A stretch of 64,000 nt of DNA from the human T2T-CHM13v2.0 reference genome, Homo sapiens. Below the pieces are notes generated by a model. It saw only the letters and a list, made by a program, of their open reading frames with translations, did not search any database and was not told the DNA's origin. The position numbers and the translations under genes were made by a program. This document shows, piece after piece, positions 26,940-40,421 of this stretch; the first letter of the stretch is position 1; each line of letters starts with the position of its first letter. Location of the stretch: assembly GCF_009914755.1 (NCBI RefSeq), contig NC_060925.1; one strand, written 5' to 3'.

Positions 26940-27950
26940 AACACAGTGTTGTGCTTCCACCTGCCTCCTGAGCATTTCCACATCCAAACTCCACTGTGCC
27001 TCAGTCTCTCTGCACCCAAATCCCAACACGCTGGCTCCACCGCCCCCTGTTTCCGTGTGCCTTCTCTCAGTTCATGGTCTCACCAGCCCCAGTCACCCGG
27101 ACTTGATGCTCAGCATCCTCCTCCATTCCTCTCACCTCCTCAGACTTCACATCCAACTGGTCAACTAGTGCCTTCAATGAGTGTATCAACATCAAAGATG
27201 TCTTCCCTCTTTTCCTATCCCACTGCTGCCTGAATGGTGTAAGTAGCTCATACTACCATATTTACTGTGGACGAAAGAGACAAAGATGAGAGTCATAGTC
27301 TTTCCCCTCAAATAACTCACAGCCTGGTAAAGGAGGTGGGCACATAAACACATAACTCAAGATATTGTGGGAAGAGGCAGAATGGAAGTAAAGCAAATTT
27401 ACAGTAGATCAAGATGTTCAAGGCACCTCATAACCCCTCACCTAGACCCAAAAGGCTCTTAGTCCACATGCCTTCCCTACTGTACCTCTGTCCAATCCAT
27501 TCCTCACACGGCCAACATAATAATCTTCCTCTTTGTATGCCACTTAGTGCTCAGGAGCTTTAGGAAGCTTACACTTGTCGGTGGGGAGGTCAGCGCTAAG
27601 AGCAGATTTCTGAGTTATGGTATATATCACTTGTGGTTGAAATAATGGGAGCTTATGAGCTTGTTCAGAGAAAGCATCCGGAGTGAGAAGAGAAAACATG
27701 AGGATGAAACCCTGGGAAACAATGGCATTGTAAGACTGAGAGAAGAGTCAGTAAGAGCCTCTAAAAGAATATTCACAAGCTGGGATGGAAACCAGACAGG
27801 AGAAAGAATCCAGGGATCATAGTGTAACAAGAAGTCGAAAACAATCGGTAGCATCGAATGCTGCTAAGATTTAAGCAAGAGGAGAACTGAAGACAGGCTC
27901 CTGACTGCCTATTGATTAGTGAATGTTTAGCATTTCAGTTGATTGGAAGG
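26940..27950. mobile_element. Cluster of L2 remnants in both orientations
   Basis: catccaaactccactgtg/cacatccaa (sense); gaaaccctgggaaacaatggcatt, gaatgctgctaag (antisense). Confidence 0.5.
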
Positions 27951-27968
27951 ATTAGAAATCAGGCTTCA

Positions 27969-28145
27969 AGCCAGGCATGGTGGCACATGCATGTTGTCCC
28001 AGCTACTTGGGAGGCTGAGGCGGGAGGATCGCTTGTGCCTAGGAGTTGGAGCCTAGCCAGGGCAACATAGTGAGAACTCCGTCTCCAAAAAATAATCTCT
28101 AAAAAGTAAAAACTAATTTTTGAAAATTAAAAAAAGGTTTTTAAA
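27969..28145 (+). mobile_element. FLAM_A-like Alu monomer
   Basis: Monomer with long degenerate A tail; 14-bp TSD agaaatcaggcttc at 27954-27967 and 28146-28159. Confidence 0.85.
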
Positions 28146-28309
28146 AGAAATCAGGCTTCGTCGGTTTGAGATTTGAGCGTGAGGTACAGGAAGGCAGCAA
28201 GAAACATAATTTCCTCTTTTAAGAAGGTTGGGAATGAAAGGGATATATTTAAAGCACTCTGTCTTGTATTAAATTTATTTGAGCCCTTAGTGATTTGAGC
28301 CCTTGGCGT

Positions 28310-28612
28310 TTGTTTTTGCTTTTTTTTAATTTTAACTTTTTTTTTTTTAGAGACAGGGTCTCACTCTGTCACCCAGACTAGGGTGCAGTGACACAATCAT
28401 AGCTCACTGTAACACCCAACTCCTGGGCTCAAGAGATCCTCCAGCCTCAGCCTCCCAAGAAGCTAGGACTACAAGTACACACCACCATGCTAGACTAATT
28501 TTTTTATTTGGCTATGTTCCCCGGACTGGTCTCGAATTCCTGGCCTCAAGCAATGCTCCTGCCTTGGACTGCCAAAATGCTGGGATACAGGCAGGAGCCA
28601 CCACACCTCACC
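28310..28612 (-). mobile_element. AluJ
   Basis: agagacagggtctcactctg...atcatagctcactg...ctcctgggctcaag (J diagnostics). Confidence 0.9.
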
Positions 28613-28694
28613 TAGTGTTGGTTTTAAATGCTGAGCGCAGAGACTTCCTCTTTCTCTTTATATCCTTACCCCCACCCCCACCCCGTGGTGACCA

Positions 28695-29689
28695 GCAGTG
28701 TTCAATACATGTGTGTTTATTTACTTGTGGGTGCTTGGAAACAATTTCTTCCGTCAATGATTTTAAACATTGTTCATCGGGGCTTTTTTTTTTTTTTTTT
28801 TTGTCCTGTTAATCTGTATTCTCTAAGAAGAAACAGGTAACTAAATAGACAAAGATAAACGTTCATAGATTCACATCTGAGCTATCACAAATTCTGAACT
28901 TATAATAGCCCAAATTAAGATTTATTTTTGTAATTTTGACAGTCCACAAACCCATAACATAAATCAATAAGAGAACAGGATTTGCATCACAACTCACAGC
29001 ATCATAAAACAGCTTATAAACAACTTTGATGGGAATCCCTATTACATAAAGAAATGTTCCCCCGGCCTGCCTTCTCGGGCCAGATATTGGAATGAACTTT
29101 ATGTTTGATTGTACTTCCCAGAACCTGACATTCTCTTTAGGATCAGGGTTATGATTCTTTCCAACACTAGACCCCAAGCCGCCGCATTGGCTCTGAACAC
29201 AAAACCATTTCCAACGTGTAACGCAAAGGAGATTTCGTGTGCACTGTTTGCACAGACGAAACGCTCATTTCCTATGAAAATATCACAGGTTCCCATCCTA
29301 GCCACTCTTCTCCAGCAGCCCTCCCTTAGGTGAGCCCCAGGATATTCTGGAAGTCTCTTTATTCGTAAGGCTGGCATCACCGCCTGTGTCTGCGAAGTGT
29401 TCACCAAATCCAAGCGGGTGGAGAAGCACCGATTCTCTGTAGCAGGCCTGAACCTTGCCAGATCCTTTCAACATCCCCTGAGCCTTTCCAAAATGGAGGG
29501 CTCGCCCGGCCTGCTCGGAGCCAGCGTCGGTCAAGCCCGGTCTGCTCTGCTGAGACTTGGCACACCACGCCTGGGGCGCTGCGGCTCCCGGCCCAGCCCA
29601 CCGTGCCAGCCCCTCCGCAGCGGCCTCCAACACCCGGACTCTGCGCACACAGGCCCTGGGTACTGGCGGGCCTGGGTCTCCCTGGGGCC
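28695..29689 (-). ncRNA. Candidate terminal exon of a minus-strand long non-coding RNA
   Basis: Acceptor CTTTTGCTTTCTGCCTCCAG|G (AG at 29691-29690); GC/CpG-rich 5' part, AU-rich 3' part; minus-strand AATAAA at 29363-29358, 28926-28921 and 28721-28716; no recognisable protein in any frame. Confidence 0.4.
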
Positions 29690-31639
29690 CTGGAGGCAGA
29701 AAGCAAAAGCACTCATTGAAACACAGGATCAGCTGCTCCCATTACTCAGGGACAGAGCGGAAGCTAAGGAACTTGACAGCGGATATGGGAGCCAAGTGGG
29801 AATTCCACCCATGGCGCCCTCTACCTTCTGCAGGCTTCAGTGCAGGTCAGGAAGCACCTCTGCGCATCCACAGGGTTCAGTGTTACCTAAACCCAGAGCG
29901 TCCCATTGGCGGGAAAGTCATCTTGCGTGTCTCTTTTATGTTCTAAATGCTGCCCTGTTGTTCTGAAACATGAGTTAACCACTCACCAGAAAAACACCTC
30001 AACACACACGCTTGCAAGCACTAAGGTTCCTAATCAAGCCAAATTCCTTCCTTAGCCAGTCTTGGGAAAAGAAGTGTTAAAGAGAGACACCATCCACACC
30101 TAGCCTCTCTAGGGGGTGCTGAAGTTTTTTACTGACATATAAAAAAGGTAATTACTTGAATTCATTGGAACTTAAAGTGGCTTGCTCCGGCTCCGTCTCC
30201 GCCAAAGAGGCACTTAGTCATTTCTTCTCTTGTCCATCATAACAGGCACTGCGTCCAAGATATTGCCCAACTCAAATCCTGTAATTCCCTCTAAGTCTAT
30301 CATAACCTTCCAAAATAAGCTTGTTAGTTTAAAATAGCCTTGTAAATAGCACTCACCAACTCACACAAAGCAAATAATGATTTATACCTGAAAAAAAGGA
30401 AAACCGTCAGCATTTGGCTCATCCTACAGGAAAAAAAATGATGTATTTGTGGGCCACTGTTTTAGCAATATTTACTTGAAAACCTAACTTTTCATTTTTT
30501 TATTGCAAGAATGAAACATGACTATTAGGGAAATTTTAGAAAATACAGCTAAGAAATAAAATAAAATAAATAAACTATAATCCCATGCTGGAGATGCAGC
30601 TTATGCTAACATTTTGATTTGTACTCTTCCAGGTCATTCTTTCTCAAATTCATCCTCAAAATGGGATTGTAGTGCTCACCATCCTTTTTTGAGAGGCCGT
30701 TTTAGAGAGTGAAATCTGTGTCAAGAAATAACTGAGCACGCTGGGCAGTTTTAGCCACTGAAACCCAACCAGCCTCGTGGAGTGTCAGGTCATACTCATT
30801 GGGTTCAAATCATAATAGCTTCATTGGGTGTTCGGCCACATTTTAATTCCATGTCATGGTTCTGGGCAATGGGAGGGAGCAGGGGATGGGGGAGCCAAGA
30901 GGACTTACTGTAAGTCAACATGTTTGTTGATCCTGGAACAGTAGCTGAGCCAGAGGACAGGGACGCCTTGCAGGGCAGACAGACAAAGAGTGGGGAGATG
31001 GTGCCACCACACAGAAGGGTAGGCTCTATTCTCAGGCGGACAGACCCTGGGGAGTCTCTCCATCTGCGGAGAGGACAGTGGTCAATGCCTCATGCTCTGC
31101 AAGGCTTTGGGTCTGTCAGAAGAGGACCCTCCCCCAGCAGGAGACTTGTTTATTTGGCATTTAACCAAAAGCATTAGGGCTCCTTTCAGAAATATTTGGT
31201 CAGGGGCCAATTATTTTAGCATATACTGCAGAGAAAGGAGGTCAATTTAAAGAAAGTTTAGATAAAACAACAGCAGACACAACAAAGCAGCCCTTTAAGG
31301 GGCAAAGATGTGGGTGCAGTGTTTCTAGGGAAGGGACACTGACCCCATTCCCTTGAATATGGACAAAGAAGCTCATCAAAGAAGCTCACCAAACCCAGTC
31401 ATTCATAAGCATGAAAGAGGCCCTCATGCTTCTGCACCCTGGCCAGGAACCAAAGACTCCATCAGCTTTGACACAATCAGTCCTATTAATATGGAGAGGC
31501 CTTAGGATTGGAACAAATTCTTCTGGGCAGTCAACTTGCCTTAAACGATCTGCCAAAGCCCATCCCAGTGTTGTTCGTACACAGCTGAAAAATATCAAGA
31601 CTTTAAGAGGGGAAAAGGAGGAGGGAAATGGAGCCCACA

Positions 31640-31830
31640 TTTCCTGAGCTCTTGCGAACTATGGAGCATTCCACATTACCTCGTGTTGCCTTCCCGGTAG
31701 TCTCAGTATTATTGTTCCCATTTCACAAATGAGAAAGCTGAGGTTCTGATGGTTTAAGGGACTTGCCCAAGGTCCCCCAACAATGTGTCAGAGTTAGCAC
31801 TCAAAGCCCTGTGCGTGGGTTCTGCAAGTC
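31640..31830 (-). mobile_element. MIR SINE
   Basis: cccatttcacaaatgagaaagctgagg...gacttgcccaaggtc. Confidence 0.8.
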
Positions 31831-32227
31831 ATCTTTGGAACCTCTAAGCTATTCTGCTCCCAATCTCCTTTTTAGCGTTCTTTGTTTACCATTGATCCTT
31901 TCCCCCTTTTCATCAGAAGAATAATCCGTTTCTATGGGGCATTATAATGAATGGGGAATCTTGATTTTTCATAGACTTCCTTCAGGAAAGAACCAGAAGT
32001 TGAGATGAGGGTGACCCTCACATAGATGGAAACTTTTGTATTCCTCTGTTTTAGCTTAATTAACAAAGAAGCACATTGCACATTTAACATTTAATATTTA
32101 TTAAATGTCATTATTATTTGTCATTTAATAGTTATCTAATACTTAGCCAGTCCTCCAGAGACACAAATGGAGTGTCAAGAACAAAAAAGCAGGAAAGAGA
32201 AAGTGAAGACAGTGGATAAGACATTCA

Positions 32228-32810
<583 letters not shown>

Positions 32811-33359
32811 CTAGGTTTCACCGTGACAGCTGAGCCGGGCTAAGATTGCAGCCTTCGGCACTCTGGAAAAAAACAGCTGCTGAGGTTCCTTTGCTTTGCT
32901 GGCCTGGTCTCCACTGGCCAATGGGACATTAAGGCCTTTGTTATTCACGCAGCAGTTGGAATCTCTGGCCATTTAAGGAAGGAAGCCGCAAGGTAATCCA
33001 GCCCTGGCTGTGCCATCAACGAGTGACTCACTCATTTCTGCCATGTGAACTGTAGATGACCCGGGTCCTTCCTCGGACGTGGTCTACAGCCTGCACTCAA
33101 TTAAACTTAATGGATTCCTGAGGAATATGTGCGGTCTATATATTAAGTCAAATTAAGCCTCATGCACCATAAACCATGCTCTCTGTTTGTTTTGATAACA
33201 TTAGTGAATAGGAAGGAAAAAAGTTCAGGTCTGGGAAAAGAGCAAGAATGTGGCCACACTGGTTTACCCCAAAGGGAATCCAAGCCAGTGCCTGCCTGGT
33301 ACCCTTGGAGGGCTGAGGGTTTCATCCCAGGGGCACACTGGGCTGTGAAGGGCTAGGGG

Positions 33360-33543
33360 AATAGCATAGAGGAGAGCATGGTGCTTGGAGTGAGGAGGCA
33401 CCGGATTCAATCCCTGCTATGCCACTTGCTAGCCATGTAACCCTGGGGAGCTGACTAACGTCTCCTGGCCTTAGTCCCTTCATCTGTGGAATGGTCCTTC
33501 CAAACTTCATAAAGTTGGTGTGAGCATAAAATAAGAAAAGTGT
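33360..33543 (+). mobile_element. MIR SINE, 5' part (continues at 34274-34322 after the MST LTR)
   Basis: ggattcaatccctgctatgccacttgctagccatgtaacc...cttcatctgtggaatgg; resumes agtgtttagcacag...catagtaag. Confidence 0.75.
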
Positions 33544-34273
<730 letters not shown>

Positions 34274-34329
34274 AGTGTTTAGCACAGTTTGTAGCAAGGG
34301 CGCATAGTAAGAACCAATAAAAGATGGGA

Positions 34330-34572
34330 ATGTACATATGTTTTTATTCAGCTATATGTGCACACATATATGTGTACTAATGCATATGTATATCTATATA
34401 TGTAAATGCATATATCCATACCTATACATATAGGTGTATGTATATGTACTGTATATAAGTGAATATGTGTATAAATATATGTATATATCGTATACATATA
34501 TGCATGTAAGTATATATATTTGTGTGTGGCTATATATATACATAATTATGTATCAGCCTTTGTATATATATT
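34330..34572. repeat. TA/TG-rich low-complexity tract
   Basis: Direct read (tatatgtg, tatacata repeats). Confidence 0.85.
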
Positions 34573-34845
34573 GGACCACAAGTTGCAGAGAGCCTAGGCA
34601 AGGTTGGCAGAAGGGACACAGTCCTCGGAAAGCTGTGGGCAGAGGAAGGGGTGTGACCCCAGGTGCCCAAGCCTACCTGGGCAGTATAAAGAGCTTTCTC
34701 TTCGAGGCCTGCCGTGGTCTGAGGAAGGGAAGCCAGTGTTATCAGGTGGGTCCCTTATCAGAGAAGGGCTGTCCTTTCATGTTGTTTTTGCTGTTTCTAA
34801 AAACAGAAACCAGAGGCTATAACTGCTGCAAAGACTCTTAAGTTT

Positions 34846-35027
34846 CTTCATCTGTGGAATGGTCCATCTGTCCTTCATAAAGTTGGCATGAGAATAAGAT
34901 AGGTAAAGTGTTGTATTCGTGCATTTGTGTTGCTATGAAGGAATATGTAGGACTTGTAATTTACAAAGAAAAGAGGTTTACATGGCTCATGGTTCTGCAG
35001 GCTGCGCAAGCATGGCACCAGCATCTG
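34846..35027. repeat. Diverged local duplicate of the MIR/MST junction (33478-33608 plus 33918-33970), lacking the Alu
   Basis: Shared cttcatctgtggaatggtcc, cttcataaagttgg, aaagtgtt, gtaattta.aaagaaaagagg and ggttctgcaggctg.gcaagcatggcaccagcatctg. Confidence 0.85.
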
Positions 35028-35028
35028 A

Positions 35029-35324
<296 letters not shown>

Positions 35325-38300
35325 CTGAATCCAAAGACTTTTTAAAGGGAGAGCCAGTGGCTAAAGTGCCACAAGAAACAATGTCAGTAAGTCACACTTG
35401 TGTCCTCCAAGTCTCAGGGTAGAAGAAAGGATCAGGCAGCGGTGTGGTGCCTGAGAGAGGAGGTGTCTGCGTGCAGGCCCGGGACAGGTCGTGAGCTGAG
35501 GAATGCCACCATGGCAGATGCCTGCTTTTCTGGGCCTTCCTGTTGCTGACTGGGGCAGTTCTGTTCCCAGGCCCTCAGGAGGGAAGCAGCGTAAATCTAA
35601 GGAGCTGAAGGATGGAGGAGTGATGGAGGAGCACAGGACATGTTTTTCTGTACAGCAATCCTCAGGGGCTGCTTCTTCCTCCTTCTTGTCTTGGCCTGGA
35701 ATCCAAGAGCAGGCTCTGGAAGCATGATGCCTGGTAAAAGGGGATGAGAATGAGTGAACAGGACATCATAGTTCAAACAGCCACTCTGCTCTAACTCGGG
35801 AAGGGACTTCACATCCCTGAGCTCCAGCAACCCTCGGTTTCCTCCTTTGACAATGAGGACAAGTGTATTGAACCTCCCAGGGCTTTTGTGAGGATCCAGT
35901 ATGACTGCGTGTACACACATGGTGGGGCCTTAGAAGTCAATACAACGTTGCACACGTGCACCTCTTTCAGGGATTTACACACTCTAGGGACTCCTGCAAG
36001 TTGGCTCATATTTTTGCCCCCAACTCAGTGGTGACATTAAAAAGCATGAAAGGAGCACATCTCAGGCCTGTAATAAACAGGCTAAGAAGGCTGGAGCCGC
36101 AGGCTAGGGTCTGTCAGTGCCCTGCTGGAGAGGGAGTCCCCGCCTTTGGGCCAGGACACCAGTGGGCAGGAGGTTCTAGTTGTTACGGGGTGAGTGAGTA
36201 CAGAAACTCAAAAAGGTTTTCAAAATCAATTTTGTTTTACTTTGAGTTTGACATTGGAATGATTCCAAAAAGATCTGGAGCTTAGATGTGGGCTGGATGT
36301 TGGTAGCAAGAATGTCCAATAATACATGTTCTTACATAATGTAAAAGTCTATGCCATCCAGCACTTTCAGCAGCATGTGGGCAGGTGCAGGTGGGAGAGG
36401 AGTTTGGGAAGCAGCACAGAATATCTCAGCACCAGGAAGACTGAAAAGGAGGGCAGCAGGCATGCTGAGACACCAGCATCTTCACACCGGCCCTCCTTCA
36501 CACCTGGTTACTAGACAGTTCCCAGTAAGGATGTTCATCTCCCTCCGGTCAATAGTTCTTCACCAAATAATCAAAATCAAATAAATCAAAGCCCTGTTGC
36601 ACATCCATAATCTTTGTTTTCCTACTTTGCTTTCCAGTCACAGAGTTTGGGGAGTTGGCCCATCTCTTTCTAGCCCTTTTGTCAACAGGGTGGCTTTGGA
36701 ATCCGTCCTCTCGGCTCTCCTCACCCAGGGGTGGTGCTGACCCTGCCCTCGAAGGAGGAACCCTTGGCAGCACGGGGTGGAAAGACTCCAGTGTGGCTGG
36801 AATGAACCAAGGGACAGATCCCAGGAGACTGTGTGGCTATTGACTCTCCTGCCAATTGTCTGGAGGGAGAAGCACAAAGCGCCCACTGTGAGAGGTGCCT
36901 ATCAGGCCACGCCAATCAGTGAGTGGACGACACTGTGTGCTTTTGTGATCTGGAAGCTGAATGTGGCAGGGGCGGGGAGGAGCTGGGAGACGAAATCTCG
37001 CCAGCCTCAGGGCCTGGGCGCTGGGGAATGTACGATGTAAATGCTGTCTCCCAGCCTCTGCCCCACATCAAGTAACTGGCTTCTTTGAGATTCTTTGTCA
37101 AATTAAGGAGAGAGGCCAGAGGGAGGATGTGAGAAACAGCATCTCTATAGAAAAAAATGAAATGCTATCTCACCTGCAGAATTGCACTCGTGGAGCAGAC
37201 AGAAGATGCCGCCAAGAAGAAAAAGGGAAAAAGAGAGAAGCTCTTGTTTCCAAACTTGTTCATCTCTCGTTATCAAAAGAGTTTCTGTGTTTCCAGCGGC
37301 GTTTCCCAGGAAAATGGAAATTCAGAAAGAATTGTGTCAGTCTTGGTATAGAGTGAAATATTCCTGACAAATCCAGCTTGAAGGGAGAAGGCCCGAGGCT
37401 CCCTCCCAGATCCAGGACTTCCCTCCAGGGTCCCCAGACAGGTGTCCAACCCATTTTCTTGGATTGCAACAAGCAGGCACCAACTTGGGAGATGGAGATC
37501 ACGAGTGAAAGAATACACTCAAATGTGCAGTTCCTGGGACCCACGAGTTGAGCTCTTCTAGGAGAGGGTTGCTGCGTTTCTCCCTGGACCCATGAGGTCC
37601 TTTCTGGGGCCACTTACGCTGGTCTGCCTTGCCTGGGGGTGATGTTTATTCCATTAGCCCCTCTAAATGTCAAATTTCTTGACAGCAGGGACTTAAGCAT
37701 TTGGGGGTTCTCTGAAGTTCTAAGCTCAGAACCTTGTAAATGACTGACACTCAAAACATGTGTTAAATGAAAAAAAAAAGGACTGGAAATATATGACAGA
37801 AATAGCCTCCTTGCTGCTCTCCTGCCCATCTTGCATGTGACCATGGCATGACTGAGTGAGTGAAAAATCAATCAGAGCCTGAGACATAGTTAACAGAAAG
37901 GTTTTGCAGTCCTTCACCTGGTCCCCAGGGTTTGTAGGTGTTTCCTTAGGGTTAAAGTGCTGCAATGTGAAAAAGCCAAGTTAAAAGACAAGGGGCTCCA
38001 GTGCCAGGCCCAGTGCTGGGGAAATTGGGTTTGCCCTGAGGGTGAGGAAGGGAAGGAGGAGGAGACACATCTACTTCTGGGAATAGGGGCAGGAGTGGGC
38101 AGGGATGGGCTAGGGAAGCATCACCCCCAGGAGAAATGGTTCCTCTGGTGCCCAGCCCAGGAGGAAGAGCTCACCAAGCATCTAGAGTCCAAGGCTCCCT
38201 ACACTGCAACCAAGGAAGGAAAGAAGGTGCTGGCTCCCGGCTCGTGGCAGCAATGGGTGGGGGAAGCATCACTCCTACTGGGGACCCTACCGACACAGAG

Positions 38301-38729
38301 AGGAGCCTGAATCACTGCACTCCTTAACCAGTGATCCACTGTCTGCAGGGACTGGTGGCAGGACCCAGGGGTTTGTGTAGAGAGTGGAGGAGGACACAGA
38401 ACTGCTGTGATTTCCTGCGACCCTCTGCATCTTCCAGGATGGCAGCAGGAAAATAACTGTGCACTGTCACCTGCCTGTTCCCCTTCCCTTCCCCCTCCTC
38501 CTGGGCAGCCCAGCAGGGCACACAGAGGGCAGCACTGTCCATGCTCTGTCCGCAGGGAGAGGGACCGTGCTGGGGCAGGAAGGCTCTGTTTCCAACTAAA
38601 AGCAGAGATGCTGCCCAGGAAGCTCATCTGCAGGTTCAGGAAGGTGAGCCCTCCCGTTGGTCACCTCTTTATTTCTTCTAACCTCACCCGAGAGAAAGGG
38701 AAACCTTTAAATAGAACAGGGAAAAATAT

Positions 38730-39480
38730 CAAGAAAATGCACATTAAAACCACAATGAGATACCACTGTACTCCTGCAAGAGTGGCCGTTCTTGAAAAGT
38801 GAAGAAACAATAGATGTTGGCGTGGAGGTGGTGAAAAAGGAATGCTCATCCGCAGCTGGTGGGAATGTAAGTGAGTAAGTCTCGATGGAAAACAGCATGG
38901 AGGCTTCTTAACAACTGAAAGCAGATCTACCGTTTGATCCAGCAGTCCCATTACTGGGTATTTACCCAAAGGAAATGCAGTCATTATATCAAAAAGACAT
39001 CTGCATGCATATGTTCATTATGGCACAATTGCAAAGATAAGGAACCAACCTAAGTGCACATCCATCAATGAGTGGATACAGAAAACGTGGTATATATACG
39101 CCATGGCATACTACTCAGCCTCAAAAAAGAGTGAAACAATGTCTTTTGCAGCAACTTGGATGGAGCTGAAGGCCATTGCTCTAAATGAAGTAATTCAGGA
39201 ATGGAAAACCAAATATGATACCTTCTCACCTATAAGTGGGAGCTAAGCTATGGGTACACAGAGGCAGACAGTGTGAAATAATGGACTTCAGAGACTCAGA
39301 AGGGGGAGGACGGGAAGGAGGTGAGAGATAAAAACCACATATTGGGAGCAATGTACACTGCTTGGGTGACCACTGTGCTAAAATGTCCGATTTCACCACT
39401 AGACAATTCACTCATGTAACTAAAAACCACTTATACCCCAAAAGCTATTGAAAAAAATTTTTTAATTTTAATAATAAAGT
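38730..39480 (+). mobile_element. L1PB/L1MA-type LINE-1 3' portion
   Basis: attaaaaccacaatgagatacca...gatccagcagtcccattactgggtat...ttctcacctataagtgggagctaa...ccccaaaagctattgaaa. Confidence 0.9.
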
Positions 39481-39740
39481 CAAAACTATATAATAAAGTA
39501 ACCTCATAGAAATCTTGAAAAAATAAAGAGGACATGGAAAAATAGCAAAGACTCATTTCTGAGTATCAACATTGAAAATTAATCCCTGGGACTATAACAA
39601 TTACTCTGGGTTAACCTTGTCTATCTATTCCCCAACACCAATATCACACACTCACACGCGAGGGCACACACACATACACACACAGAGTTAATTCACTGCA
39701 AAGTGAAGCATCTTCCCTCAGACACATCAAGATTGAGGTT

Positions 39741-40049
39741 GACATCATTCTCAGCAAACTATCACAAGGACAAAAAACCAAACACCGCATGTTCTCACTC
39801 ATAGGTGGGAATTGAACGATGAGAACACTTGGACACAGGAAGGGGAACATCACACACCGGGGCCTGTTGTGGGGTGGGGGGAGCGGGGAGGGATAGCATT
39901 AGGAGATATACCTAATGTAAATGACCAGTTAATGGGTGCAGCACACCAACAAGGCACATGTATACATATGTAACAAACCTGCACGTTGTGCACATGTACC
40001 CTAGAACTTCAAGTATAATTTTAAAAAAATTTTATATATGTACATATAA
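39741..40049 (+). mobile_element. 5'-truncated L1PA (PA4-PA6-like) 3' end
   Basis: catcattctcagcaaact...gtaccctagaactt.aagtataat; 12-bp TSD aagattgaggtt at 39729-39740 and 40050-40061. Confidence 0.95.
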
Positions 40050-40132
40050 AAGATTGAGGTTTAGACAAGAGCCTCCTAAACAGCCTGAAGAACTGAGGGC
40101 CTAAAGTCTCCTTAGAACTTTATGCTGCCAAG

Positions 40133-40421
40133 GGCTGGGCGCAGTGGCTCACGCCTGTAATCCCAGCACTTTGAGAGGCCGAGGCGGGCGGATCACTTGA
40201 GGTTGGGAGACCAGCCTGGCCAACACGGTGAAACTTGGTCTCTACTGAAAACACAAAAAGTAGCCAGGTGTGGTGGCACATGCCTGTAATCCCAGCTACT
40301 TGGGTGGCTGAGGCAGGAGAATTGCTTGAACTTGGGAGGCGGAGGTTGCAGTGAGCCAAGATGGGCTACTGTACTCCAGCCTGGGCAACAGAGCAAGACT
40401 CTGTCTCAAAAAAAAAAAAAA
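40133..40421 (+). mobile_element. Full-length AluS
   Basis: Dimeric Alu with A tail. Confidence 0.93.

Noticed and set aside
28784-28802. T19 as the tail of a processed pseudogene
   Set aside because: There is no poly(A) signal at the right distance, no TSD found and no recognisable parent ORF.
29298-29966. Overlapping ORFs, including a collagen-like GPQGDPGPP after the 29690 acceptor
   Set aside because: There are only three Gly-X-Y triplets, no good donor and no other collagen-like exons. Several frames on both strands are open because of GC content.
30104-30122. CTCF-like tctctagggggtgct
   Set aside because: It has mismatches at informative core positions and cannot be supported without a PWM score or ChIP data.
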